The notes beneath the pieces were generated by a model. It had not been told where the DNA came from. It ran no database searches and saw only the letters and a list, made by a program, of their open reading frames with translations. DNA of 64,000 nt from Mobula hypostoma (taxonomy: Eukaryota). The stretch spans positions 237,400,001 to 237,464,000 of the forward strand of contig NC_086097.1 of assembly GCF_963921235.1 (NCBI RefSeq). The letters are read 5' to 3'. The position numbers were made by a program, and so were the translations under genes. Shown one piece after another: positions 1 through 11,411 of the stretch; position 1 is the stretch's first letter, and the number at the start of each line of letters is the position of its first letter.

Positions 1-435
1 ACTGTATCAAAGTATTCATTAAGTACCTCTGCTATTTCCTCTGGTTCCATACATACTTTTCCATTGTCACACTTGATTGGTCCTATTCTCTCACATCTTA
101 TCTTCTTACTCTTCACATACTCATAGAATGCCTAGAATTTCCTTAATCCTATCCGCCAAGGCCTTCTCATGGCCCCTTCTGGTTCTCCTAATTTCATTCT
201 TAAGCTCCTTCCTGCAAGCCTTATAATCTTCTAGATCTCTATCATTACCTAGTTTTTTGAACCTTTTGTAAGCTCTTCTTTTCTTCTTGACTAGATTCAC
301 AACAGTCTTTGTGCACCATGGATCTTGTACCATACCATCCTTTCCATGTCTCATTGGAACATACCTACTCAGAACCCCACGGAAATATCCCCTGAATATT
401 TGCCACATTTCTTCGGTACGTTTCCGTGAGAACAT
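1..435 (-). mobile_element. CR1 LINE ORF2 fragment (endonuclease-RT linker), running off the window start
   Basis: ORF 121..504 contains PWCTKTVVNLVKKKRRAYKRF...YKACRKELKNEIRR, typical of the CR1 linker region. Confidence 0.8.
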
Positions 436-864
436 CTGGTAATGGGAAGTGGAATTAAAATAGATGGGATTGGAATATCCCACTTTTTCTGGTGGATGGA
501 GCATAGGTTCTAGGCAATGAAGTCTCCCAATCTCTCCTTCTCTCTCTCAGTCTTAATCTCCCCTCTTTCTTACTATAGTTATTCTCTCTTCCTCTCTCCC
601 TCCCTATCTACCTATCTATCTATCTATCTTTCTCTGCTCCTATCAACATCCTGCCTTTAATAATGCAGAGCAGATAGACAGAGTTAGAACATAGAGCAGT
701 ACAGGACAGATATAGGTCTTTAGTCCCACCATGTTGTGTTGAACTAATTAAGCAAATGACACCAATTGACCTAATCCCTTCTGACTGCTCCTTTCCCAAC
801 ACATATTCATTAAGGCCCATACATTTTTTTTCTCTTTTACTGCTCTCTTTTTTTTTTTGTTTGT

Positions 865-1548
865 AGCAATGAGAAAAGGACATATCCTGGGTGATCGGGG
901 TTCTTAATGATGTCTGCCTTCTTTTTGAGACATCGCATTTTTTGTTCCGAGGAGAGAACATCACCAGTAGTTTGTCCTGGTCCAATCATGAAAGCTCACT
1001 AATGTCTGTACTTCCTCAGGAAGCTAAAGAAACCTGGCATGTCCCCGTCGACCCTTACCAATTTTCTTTGATGTGCCACGGAAAGCATTCTGTCTGGATG
1101 CATGATGGCGACTGCTCTGCATATGACTGAAAGAAATTGCAGAGAATTATGGATATAGCTCAGTCCCTCGCAGAAACCGATCTCCCTCTATGGACTCTGC
1201 CAATCCTTCTCGCTGCCTTTGAAGAGCAAAAGTCCCCACTGGCCCTGGACGTTCTCTCATGCCTCCTCTCTCATCAGGCAGCAAATACCAGATCCTGCAA
1301 ACACTTGCCTTCAGGCTCAAGAACAGTTTCTATCCCACTGTTATCAGACTCTTGAATGGACCTTTCGTATGATAAGATGGACTCTTGATCTCACAATCTA
1401 CTTCGTTATAATCTTGTACTGTATTGTTTATTTGCACTGCACTTTCTCCGTAGCTTTTACATTTCATTTGACATTATTATTGTTTTACCTTGTTCTAGCT
1501 CAGTGCACTGCACAATGATTTGAACAGAATACAAGATAAGCTTTCCAC
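865..1548. mobile_element. Rex1/Babar-like LINE 3' fragments (short minus piece, then plus piece with 3' UTR)
   Basis: Matches the 3' coding and UTR sequence of the Rex-like copies at 44565-45570 and 57750-58960. Confidence 0.6.
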
Positions 1549-1549
1549 T

Positions 1550-1735
1550 CACAAGAGAAAGTCTGCAGATGCTGGAAATCCAAGCAATACACACAAAATG
1601 CTGGAGGAAACCAGCAGACCAGGCAGCATCTATGGAAAAGAGTAAACAGTTGGCGCTTCAGGCAGAAATCCCTCATCAGGATAGTCAGATGCTGGGCCTG
1701 GCCTGCTGAGTTCCTCCAGCATTCTGTGTGTGTAG
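1550..1735. mobile_element. Penelope-like element terminus in inverted (head-to-head) arrangement
   Basis: acacaaaatgctggaggaaaccagcagaccaggcagcatct is followed by its reverse complement ...ggcctgctgagttcctccagcattctgtgtgt; same terminus as the GIY-YIG-bearing copy at 39185-39855. Confidence 0.7.
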
Positions 1736-2100
1736 CTTTTCACTGTATATAGGTATATGTGACAGTAATAAATCAATACCAATACCAAAGTCTGTTCCTC
1801 AAGTTGCTTTAAAACAGTAAAATTTGTTTATCTTCTTTTACTTGGTTTGATGTTGAGGAGGTCATTAATAATTTATTTCAACAGCAGCTAAAGAGACCTC
1901 TGAGATGAAACCATGTTACCAGCTTGAGCCAGGGCCCTATCTACTGTTAAGTTTCCCTATCAGTCCACTCTCAGTAGCTAACTGCCACTCCCATCCAAAA
2001 ACCAAACCCTTTTTTTCTCCAAAGATCTTTTTGGAATTTTTGGAATTATCTTGTCTCTTATGTAATTAAGCTACAAATTCTGTCCTGTATTGAATGACTT

Positions 2101-3775
2101 ATAAGAACATAAGAACATAAGAAATAGGAGCAGGAGGAGGCCATCCGGCCTACCAAGCCTGTCCCACCATCCAATAAGATCATGACCGATCTGTCTGTAA
2201 ACTCAGCTCCATCTACTTGCCTTTTCCCCATAACCCTTAATTCCTCCTACTATATAAAAATATATCTAACTGAATCTTAAATATATTTAGTGAAGAAGCC
2301 TCAACTGCTTCCCTGAGCAGAGAATTCCACAGATTCACCACTGTCTGGGAAAAACAGTTTCTCCTCATCGCCGTCCTAAATCTTCTCCCCTGAATCTTGA
2401 GGCAATGTCCCCTAGTTCTAGTCTCACCTACCAATGGAAACAACTTTCCTACTTCTATCTTATCTATCCCTTTCAAAATTTTGTATGTTTCTATAAGATC
2501 CCCTCTCATTCTTCTGAATTCCAGCGAGTATAGTTCCAGGCGACTCAATCTCTCTTCATAGGTTAACCCCTTCATCTCTGGAATCAACCTGGTGAACCTC
2601 CTCTGCACTGCCTCCAAAGCCAGTATATCCTTCCTCAAGTAAGGAGACCAGAACTGCACACAGTACTCTAGGTGTGTCCTCACCAGTATCCTGTATAGTT
2701 GCAGCATGACCTCCCTGCTCTTGAATTCAATCCCTCTAGCAATGAATGCCAACATTCCGTTTGCCTTCTTAATAACCTGTTGTACCTGCAAGCCAACATT
2801 TTGCGATTCATGAACAAGCACGCCCAAGTCCCTCTGCACAACAGCATGCTGCAATCTTTCACCATTTAAATAATATTCTGCTCTCTATTATTCCTTCCAA
2901 AGTGGATGATCTTGCATTTACCAATGTTGTATTCCATCTGCCAGACTTCAACCTATCTATATCCCTCTGCAGACTCTCCACATCCTCTGTACAATTTGCT
3001 TTTCCACTCAGTTTAGTGTCATCAGCAAATTTTGCTATGCTACACTCAGTACCCTCTTCCAAATCATCAATGTAAATGGTCAACAGCTGCGGGCCCAGCA
3101 CCAACCCCTGCAGCACCCCACTCACCACTGACTGCCAACTGGAGAAACACCCATTTATACCAACTCTCTGCCTTCTATTGGTTAACCAATCCACTATCCA
3201 TGCCAATACACTTCCTCCGATTCCATGCATCCGTATCTTATTTCTAAGTCTCTTGTGTGGCATCGTATCGAACGCCTTCTGGAAATCCAAGTATACGACA
3301 TCCACCTGTTCCCCTCTATCCACTGCACTCATTATGTCCTCAAAGAACTCCAGTAAGTTTGTCAAACTGGACCTACCCTTTCTGAATCCATGCTGTGTCT
3401 GACTACAAAACCACTCCTTTCTGAATGTTTTGCTATTTCTTCTTTAGTGACAGCTTCAAGCATTTTTTCCGACTACAGATGTTAAGCTAACTGGCCTATA
3501 GTTGCCTGTCTTTGCCTACGTCCTTTTTTAAAAAGTGGCCTGACATTTGCTGTCTTCCAATCCACTGGGAGTTGCCCAGAGTCCAGAGAAATTTGGTAAA
3601 TGATTACCAACACGTCTACTATAACCTACGCCAATTCCCTCAGCACCCTGGAATGCATCCCATCAGGACCAGGGGACTTATATACCTTCATGCCCTCTAG
3701 TTTACTCATCACTATCTCTTTAGTGCCGGTGATTTTATCGAGGTCCTCACCTCCCATTTTGTACATAACATCATT
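2101..3775 (-). mobile_element. CR1 LINE, 5'-truncated, RT domain through 3' UTR and tandem tail
   Basis: ORFs with YLDFQKAFD, SGVLQG, KFADDTKL and RRMRGDLIETYKI; (ATAAGAAC)n tail at 2101; small deletion and frameshift near 2945. Confidence 0.93.
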
Positions 3776-4269
3776 AATTTCCAAATAAAGCACCTATCTG
3801 AATATTTTGTCAACTAGCTTTGTGATTTTTAAAGGTTTTGCTTCATTTCAAATAACTCTCATAACGTGAAAGTTTTGATATTATTATATGCTGTCACATA
3901 GTATATGAGGAATAAGACTCATTGATGTGTATTATTTTATTTCTTTTAAACAATGAACAACAAACTGGACTTTGTTGTTTATTATCTTTTGAATAGAGAC
4001 AGGTCTACTGCTTAAAAATTCAATGTGCACATGTTTGATGTCACTGAGAAAAAAACTGCACAACACAAGATTTTTGCTCACACTGGTCAATACAAATTAG
4101 AGCCAACATTGTTGCAAAGGCCAACTGTTTGTAATTTTGTCTGCAATAATTTATTTGCACTACTTTGGAATTAACAAGCAACTATGATTTTATCTCTGTG
4201 AAGCTTTTTTTTTTACATTGTTTAAATTCTGAACAAGAAAACTGATATAATGAGAGCTGAAGTACTCAC

Positions 4270-4426
4270 CATTGTAAACAAGTTGAAAACCTTCTCCAGT
4301 TGTTTCAGAGTCAGTGTTAAACTCCAGCCACAGATGATTGGATGTACTGCTTAAGGTCACACCCAGCATCCCAGTGCCAAAGAAAGCCCCCAGGAGATGA
4401 GCAGAACTGTCTTTTCCGTCATATAT
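4270..4426 (-). CDS. csmd3: Next internal coding exon (157 bp) of CSMD3; C-terminal half of the same CUB domain
   Basis: Minus strand: acceptor gtttatttatctatttgattAG, donor GTGAGT. Phase-0 start, IYDGKDSSAHLLGAFFGTGMLGVTLSSTSNHLWLEFNTDSETTGEGFQLVYN plus 1 nt. Joins in frame to the 41121-41290 exon (GDTLK|IYDGKD). Has the CUB-type LWLEF and GF motifs. Confidence 0.93.
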
Positions 4427-4476
4427 CTAATCAAATAGATAAATAAACTTAGTAATCACCATGAGATAAAGTAATA

Positions 4477-4668
4477 GATGCTGTGGAGGCCAAACAGTTG
4501 AGTATATTTAAAGCAAAGGTTGATAGGTTCTTGACTCGTCAGAACATCAAAGGTTACAGGGGGAAGGCAGGAGAATGGGTTGAGAGGGTTAATAAATCAG
4601 CCATAATGGCATGGCAGAACAGACTTGATGGGCTGAATGGCCTAGTTCAGTTTCTATGTCTTATGGTT
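4477..4668 (+). mobile_element. CR1 3' end fragment about 50 bp from the csmd3 splice acceptor
   Basis: EAKQLSIFKAKVDRFL...GYRGKAGEW, then gatgggctgaatggcct CR1 3' motif and tcttatgg tail. Confidence 0.8.
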
Positions 4669-4938
4669 TTACAATATAGAACCAATGGAATGTAAACATA
4701 CTTAAATCCAATTGGGTAGAAGATACAAAAGCCTGTGTGCGCATAACTCCAACTTCAATCCCATTGTTATCAGACTCTCTACTGGACTTCTTGTACGATA
4801 AGGTGGACACTTGGCCTCACAGTCTATTTCATTGTGATCTTACACTTTATTGTTTACCTGCACCACACTTTTTCACTTTATTCTGCATTGTAATTATTTT
4901 AATTTATTCTACCTCAATGTGCCGTATAACGATTTGTT

Positions 4939-5256
4939 TAAAAAAGGCATCCGTTAGTCTTGCAAGACCATGGATCTGTGCCTGGAAAGTCTTCACTCTC
5001 CAGGGCGCGGGCCTGGGCAAGGTTGTATGGAAGACCAGCAGTTGCACATGTTGCAAGTCTCGCCTCTCCATGACACCAATGTTGTCCAAGGGAAGGGCAT
5101 TAGGACCCATGCAGCTTGGCACCAGTGTCGTTGCAGAGCAATGTGTGATTAAGTGCCTTGCTCAAGGACACAACACGTTGCCTTGGCTGGGGCTCAAACT
5201 CACGACCTTCAGGTCACTAGTCCAATGCCTTAACCACTTGACCACGTGCCCACACC
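4939..5256 (-). mobile_element. tRNA-derived SINE with CORE-like domain, inserted in a Rex-like 3' UTR (about 4715-5335)
   Basis: Minus strand: A-box TGGTCAAGTGG, B-box-like GAGTTTGAGCCC, CORE-like GTGTCCTTGAGCAAGGCACTTAA. Imperfect 12-bp TSD taacgatttgtt (4927-4938) / taatgatctgtt (5257-5268). Confidence 0.8.
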
Positions 5257-5804
5257 TAATGATCTGTTATGTACGCAAGACAAGTTTTTTTAATTGTATC
5301 TTGGTACATGTGGCAATAACAAACCGATGCCAATACAAAATGCTAGATTTTGTTGAGCAGCTTGTTGGGAATAATATCGTCATTGAGCTGAGGCAATTTT
5401 GGCCTTTCACAACCTTATACTGGTATGAAGTATTTTTTCCTGCTCTGTGAACTCAACGTAGTTTAGACATTGTGGAACATAAAGCAATGAAGCATTCACT
5501 GAAAGCTATGAAGAATGCCACAAAGGGCTTTGCGTTATTTTCCTTCATATGACGTGCCATTCACTGGTGCTCTGTGTGTGCCCATGGACACTGAAGCCAT
5601 CAGGCAGACTGAGCAGCTAATCACCATGAAAGACTCCCACATGTATCAAAGTAGACAGAGAGAAAAAAAGAACTGTTTTACACTGAGAGTTAGTACAGAG
5701 ATACTATAGCATAAGTTTAAATTAGAGGCTGAAACTTCATAATTGTTAGAAAAAAAACAAAATACTTTTCTTTTCCAAAGAAATACAAATCTTTGATATT
5801 TAGC

Positions 5805-5893
5805 TTAGAATGATAAACTCTTCTCGGGCTTCCAGCTGGGTACAGGTATTGATTTTAACCAATATTTCGATGACAAACTCTGCCAACTCTTCT
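5805..5893 (-). mobile_element. Short terminus of a second Penelope-like family with a partial hammerhead
   Basis: Minus strand reads gaaga-gttggca-gagtt-tgtcatc-gaaa...acccagctggaagcccgagaagag; stem II plus GAAA remain, 5' core missing. Confidence 0.45.
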
Positions 5894-5904
5894 AATGGAA
5901 GTCA

Positions 5905-7404
5905 AACCTAATAGAGAAATAAGACGGATGAACTTGTTGCACTATTACAGATTGTCAGGTATGATGTTGTGGCCATCACTGAATTGTAGCTGAAAGGTGG
6001 TTGTATTTGGGAGCTGAATGTCCAAGGTTGCAAGGTATCAGAGGGATAGGTAGGTAGGTAGAGGGGCTGGTGTGGCTCTGTTGGTAACGAATGGCATCAA
6101 ATCAGCAGAAAGAAGTAACATAGGATCAGAAGATGTTAAATCCTTGTGGGATGAGTTCAGAAACTGCAAGGGTTAAAGGACCCCGACGGCAGTTATATAC
6201 AGGCCTCCCAACGATAGCTGGGATGTGGACCACAGATTACAACAGGAGATTGAAAAGGCATATCAAAAGGGTAATGTTTTGATAGTCATGGGAGATTTCA
6301 ACAGGCAGGTTAATTGGGAAAATCAGGTTGGTAATGGATCTCAAGAGAGTGAGTTTGTTGAGTTTGTTGAATGTTTGTTATTGAGTCTACTAGGGGATCA
6401 ACTATACTGGATTGGGTGTTATCCAATGAACCAGATGTGATAAGGGAACTTTAAGGTAAATGAACCCTTAGGAAACAGTGATACAAATATTATTGAGTTC
6501 AACTTGAAATTTGATACGGAGATAGTAAAGTCTAACACAGCAGTATTTCAGTGGAGTAAGGGAAATTACAGTGGTATGAGAGAGGAGTTGGCCAAAGTTA
6601 ACTGGAAGGAAATGCTGGCAGGGATGACAGCAGAGCACCAACTGTGTGAGTTTCTGGGGAAAATGAGGAAGGTGCAGGATAGATGTATTCCAAAAACAAA
6701 GAAATACAACTGTGGCTGACAAGGGAAGTCAAAGCAAAAGAGGAGGTATACAACAAAGCAAAAATTGGCAAGAAGCTTTTAAAAATCTACAGAGAGCAAT
6801 TTAAAAAATCGTTAGGAAGGAAATGATGAAATATGAAAGCAAGTTAGCAAACAATATCAAAGTAGATAGTAAAAGCTTATTGAGTATTTAAAAAATAAAA
6901 GAGAGATGAGAGTGGATATGGGACCCCTAGAAAATGAAGCTGGAGAAATAAAAACGGGGACAAGGAGATGGCAGATAAACTAAATGAGTATGTTGCATCC
7001 ATCTTCACTGTGGAAGACACGAGCAGTGTGCCAGATGATGAAGGGTGTGAGGGAAGAGAAATGAATGCAGTTACTATTACAAGGGAGAAGGTGCTCAAAA
7101 TGCTGAAAGACCTAAGGGTACATAAGTCACCCAGACCAAATGAACTGCACGCTAGTGTCCTGAAAGTGGTAGTGGCAGAGATTGTGGAGGCATTAGTAAT
7201 AGTTTTCAAAAATCATTGGACTCTGGCATGATGCCTTAGTGGCTGGGAAGATGTTCGAGTCAGTTGTTAAGGATGAGGTTATGGAGTACTTGGTGACACA
7301 GAACAAGATCAGACAAAATCAGGATGGTTTCCTTAAGAGAAAATCTTGCCTGATGAACCTTATGGAATTGTTTGAGGAGATTACAACTAGAATAGATATA
7401 GGTG
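5905..7404 (+). mobile_element. Degenerate CR1 ORF2 (APE endonuclease, linker, start of RT)
   Basis: YDVVAITE, IVMGDFN, KSPRPNELH and GFLKRKSCLMNLMELFEE motifs, with many stops, frameshifts and deletions. Confidence 0.88.
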
Positions 7405-7419
7405 ACAGACAGACAGACT

Positions 7420-7717
7420 CTGTCTGTGTCACCACCCTCCTTTATAGCTATGAAGCTTGGGTAACCTACAGCTGTCACATCAAGTCTTTGGAGCGCTTCC
7501 ACATAAGCTGCCTCCAGCGCATCCTGGGAATTACCCGGCGTGAGCGGGTGCCTCACACTGAATTACTTGCAAAGACCAACTGCACGAGTATTGAGGACAT
7601 GATCACCCAGCGTCAGCAGCAGTGGCTGGGGCACGTGATAAGGATGCCCCCATGTCGGCTACCCGGCAGAGTATTATATGGCCAGCTACATCATGGTCGA
7701 CACTCAGCTGGAGGGGG
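7420..7717 (+). mobile_element. RTE-clade LINE C-terminal fragment
   Basis: TTLLYSYEAW...LERFHISCLQRILGI...WLGHVIRMPPCRLPGRVLYGQL. Confidence 0.8.
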
Positions 7718-8452
7718 TGTCATGGTCCGGTCCGTGAAGTCCGCATTCTGGTTCACGGGCCGATCCATCGATCCGTGTTCCAGGTTTTCCGATTTTCCAT
7801 TGTTCTGTTGGGTGCTCTAATTGGGGCACATGATTCTCGTTTGGGCAGACACATAAATACCTCCAGAGACCAGGGCTTGAGTGCTGGATTGTTCCTGTCC
7901 AAACCCCCTGTCTGAATCCCTTCTCTGCCCCTTCCTCCTGAAGCCTTGCCCTGCAACCAGTGTCTGAAGCCTTGCTGTGTCTAGATAAGGAACTGTCTTT
8001 TGTTGGTTGTTACTGTCTCTTTGTGTGCTTGCCTTTATTAGGTGGGTCTGGCTGTTTGCTGCTACCTTGTGTTGGGAACTGTCTTGTTGTGTTCAGCATT
8101 CTGTGTATGAGTCCTGGCCCTACGTCCTGTTCCCAAGGAAGGGTCCTGGCTCTGTGTTCTCTGTTCCTGTCTCCCAAGGTTACCAGGGCTCCGTGCTCCG
8201 CGTTCCTGTCTCCCAAGGTTACCAAGGCTCGGTGTTCCGCGTTCCTGTCTCCCAAGGTCACCAAAGTTCAGTGTTCCGCGTTCCTGTCTCCCAAGGTTAC
8301 CAAGGCTCAGTGTTCCGCGTTCCTGTCTCCCAAGGTTACCAAGGCTCAGTGTTCTGCGTTCCTGTCTCCCAAGGTTACCAAGACTCCGTGTTCCAATCTT
8401 CTAAGTCTGTGTCTTAGCTTCGTGTCCTCATCCAGTTCTGGTCCTGTGTCCT
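7718..8452 (+). mobile_element. Truncated LTR (Gypsy-like) containing an internal minisatellite
   Basis: Starts abruptly with TGTCATGG, interrupting the RTE fragment. CATAAATA box near 7852. GC-rich; no 3' ACA terminus found. Confidence 0.55.
8163..8395. repeat. 39-bp tandem minisatellite, about 6 copies
   Basis: Unit GTTCCTGTCTCCCAAGGTTACCAAGGCTCAGTGTTCCGC starting at 8163, 8202, 8241, 8280, 8319 and 8358; no spacers. Confidence 0.95.
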
Positions 8453-9022
8453 GCCCCTCATAATTTTAAGTACCTCTATCAAGTCCCCCCTCAACCTTCG
8501 ACGTTCCAAAGAATAATTTATGATTTGACCCAACTTTTTGATATGATGCTTCTGGCAGGAAGACAATCTCCACAAGTCCCCCGTAACTCAAAATTCATGC
8601 TATTTTTATGCCTTGTGTAGGACAGAGTGACAGATTAATGAACAATTATCCCTTAATTACAACATAATACACTGGAGATTACAGAGGATGCCTAATGCAT
8701 TTTCCCCTCTATTGTCAAGGGTAGTAAGTAGCCATAAATATCCATAATTATTACTTTCAGACTATAAATAATAGATTTCCTTATTATAAAGTCATTTCAC
8801 AGAAACACCAAGGCAGTCACAACACAAAGTTTTTAATAAAACTTTAAAGATAGATTCAGTCCATTAGTTGCTCATATACACTTCAACACTCTTTCTTCCT
8901 CAAAGTTCAAAGTAAATTTTATTATCAAACTACATGTCTGTCACCATATACAATACTGAGAGTCATTTTCTTTCAGGCACTCAATAAATCCATAGAATAA
9001 TGACCATTGATAGTAATCAATG

Positions 9023-9420
9023 ATAGAACATAGAACATAGAATAGTACAGCACAGTACAGGCCCTTCGGCCCACAATGTTGTGCCGACCCTCAAACCCTG
9101 CCTCCCATATAAGCCCCCACCTTAAATTCCTCCATATACCTGTCTAGTAGTCTCTTAAAACTTCACTAGTGTATCTGCCTCCACCAGTGACTCAGGCAGT
9201 GCATTCCACGCACCAACCACTCTCTGACTAAAAAACCTTCCTCTAATATCCCCCTTGAACTTCCCACCCCTTACCTTAAAGCTATGTCCTCTTGTATTGA
9301 GCAGTGGTGCCATGGGGAAGAGGCACTGGCTATCCACTAAATCTATTCCTCTTATTATCTTGTACACCTCTATCATGTCTCCTCTCATCCTCCTTCTCTC
9401 CAGAGAGTAAAGCCCTAACT
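9023..9420 (-). mobile_element. CR1 3' fragment
   Basis: (TAGAACA)n tail; GLYSLERRRMRGDMIEVYKI...TRGHSFK in ORF 9155..9607. Confidence 0.88.
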
Positions 9421-9514
9421 TTAGACTGTTCCAACCTGAGTGTTCATCCAGTGCAGAAGACAACAAAATGTGTAAATACGAAAGGAAAGAAATAGAAATA
9501 ATAAATTGTCTGTT

Positions 9515-9908
9515 CATTATGCGCCATGTCATATGATATGGGCGATCATGGTCTTTCCATGGCCATGATTGTTCTTGACAAATTTTTCCAAATAAGTGAT
9601 TTGCCATTGCTTTCTTCTGGGCAGTGTCTTTGCAAGATGGGTGACCCCAGTCATTATCAATACTCTTCAGAGATTGTCTGCCTGGTGTCAGTGGTTGCAG
9701 AACCAGGACTTGTGATATGCACTAGCTGCCCATACGACCATTCTCCACCTCCTCCCATGGCGTCACATGTCCCTGATTTGGGGGGGGGGGGTGGGAAAGG
9801 GGGGTATTGACTAACCAGGGCTACATCTTGCTGAAGAGTGACCTGCATACCAGCAGAGGGAAGTAGCCCTGTACAGTTCCTTTGGTAGAGATGTATCCCC
9901 ACGCTGCC
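9515..9908 (-). mobile_element. Short non-autonomous element with RTE/BovB-like 3' end (family also at 23490-23860 and 45926-46550)
   Basis: Three colinear copies in the window; 3' part gaagaaagcaatggcaaatcact...aagaacaatcatgg resembles RTE 3' ends. Confidence 0.65.
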
Positions 9909-10867
9909 AGCCAGGTATAATGAAAAGAACCAAAGAAAGTGTGGACAGCCACTGACTTTTTCCCAGGACAGAAATGGCTTCTATGAGAAGCCATAGTTTA
10001 AAAGTGATTTGAAGAAAGTATAGGGGGAATGTCAGAGGTAGTCTTTTTTTATATACTGAGAGTATTGTGTGTATAGAACAGACTGCCAGGAGAGGTAGTA
10101 GAGGCAGATACATCAGATAAATTTTAAGAGATTCTCAGATCGGCAGATGGATGTAAGAAAAATGGAGGGATATATAGGAGGGAACTATTAGGCTGGCAGA
10201 GGGAAGGATCACCTCACACTTTGGTAGAGCTGTATCTCTAATAATAAGTAAATATACGATAACTATCGAGGACAGGAGATGGTGTCCTTGAAAATGAGCC
10301 CATAGTCTTCAGTAAATCTACCAGCATCATCAAAAGCCCCACCCACCCAGACATTCTCTCTTCTGCTCCTTTCCATTCGGCAGAAGATACAAAAGCCTGG
10401 AAGGATGTACCAGCAGCTTCAAGAATTACTTATATTCCACTGTTATAAAACTATTGAATGGTCCCCTTGTACTCTTGACCTCACAATCGACCATATCATA
10501 GCCTTGTATCTTGTCTGCCTGAACTGCATTTTCCCTATAACTATAACACTTCATCTAACATTCTTTATTGCTTTTCCCTTGAACTACTTTAACTTAATGA
10601 TGTGATGAAATGATATGAATAATTTCATTCAAACAAAGATTTCACTCTATCTCAGTATATGTGACCATAATACACTAACTTAATAACTTACATTAAAATA
10701 CATTACAGAATCCTCGAGCTTTTGTGGAAATATACCTGTAACCCTGAAATATTTATGAATTTGTAACTTCTGTAAAATTTAATGTGACAAAATAGAACAT
10801 ATGAAATCCCAGGGTACTTTGCTGATTTGGATGGGAGTCTTACAAATATGTGTATTTTATGATAGAT

Positions 10868-11345
10868 ATGACAAGTACCTTGGGTCAAGAATGATGAGTT
10901 CGGAGAAGGACATAAAGATACGAAAGGCGCTGGCGTGGAGGGCTATGAACCACATGAAGGAAATCTGGAAGTCGAACCTGACCGGAGGGCTTAAAAAGAG
11001 GATTTTCATAGCAGTCAGAGTCCATTCTCACGTACGGATGCAAGACGTGGACACTCACCAAGACGATGTGAAAGTCTCTAGATGGTTGCTATACGCGAAT
11101 GCTCCGGATGGCTCTTGACGTGAGTTGGCAACAGCACATGATGAACGTCGAGCTCTATAACAACCTACCAATGCTCTCCACTAAAATCGAGGCGAGAAGA
11201 CTTCAACTAGCGGGGCACTGTCTACGCCACCCTGAGCTACCTGCCAGCCTAGTCATCATATGGGATCCCAAGCACGGGAGGATGAACCTTGGGCGCCCTG
11301 CCAAGACTATGGTCAGCACGCTCCTAGAAGACAGCAGCGCAGCTA
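10868..11345 (+). mobile_element. RTE-clade LINE fragment (post-RT region)
   Basis: KYLGS..SSEKDIKIRKALAWRAMNHMKEIWKSNL, then LRMALDVSWQQH...RRLQLAGHCLRHPE across a frameshift. Confidence 0.75.
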
Positions 11346-11346
11346 A

Positions 11347-11411
11347 GCAACACATCAAAGTTGCTGGTGAACGCGGCAGGCCAGGCAGCATCTCTAGGAA
11401 GAGGTACAGTC
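11347..11411 (-). mobile_element. Penelope-like terminal fragment
   Basis: caacacatcaaagttgctggtgaacgcggcaggccaggcagcatctctaggaagaggtacagtc, shared with copies near 24700, 32850 and 57260. Confidence 0.75.

Noticed and set aside
5175..5256. tRNA gene on the minus strand
   Set aside because: It is the head of a SINE, followed by a CORE-like domain and bounded by a TSD; no complete acceptor stem
4737..5450. 237-aa ORF
   Set aside because: Runs across a LINE 3' UTR and an antisense SINE; no protein motif recognised
7239..7820. Novel 193-aa fusion protein
   Set aside because: Chance read-through of adjacent CR1, RTE and LTR fragments
8163..8395. CRISPR-like array or repeat protein (ORFs 7960..8463, 8007..8417)
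   Set aside because: Units are directly adjacent with no unique spacers and the context is eukaryotic; the frames stay open only because the unit is 39 bp
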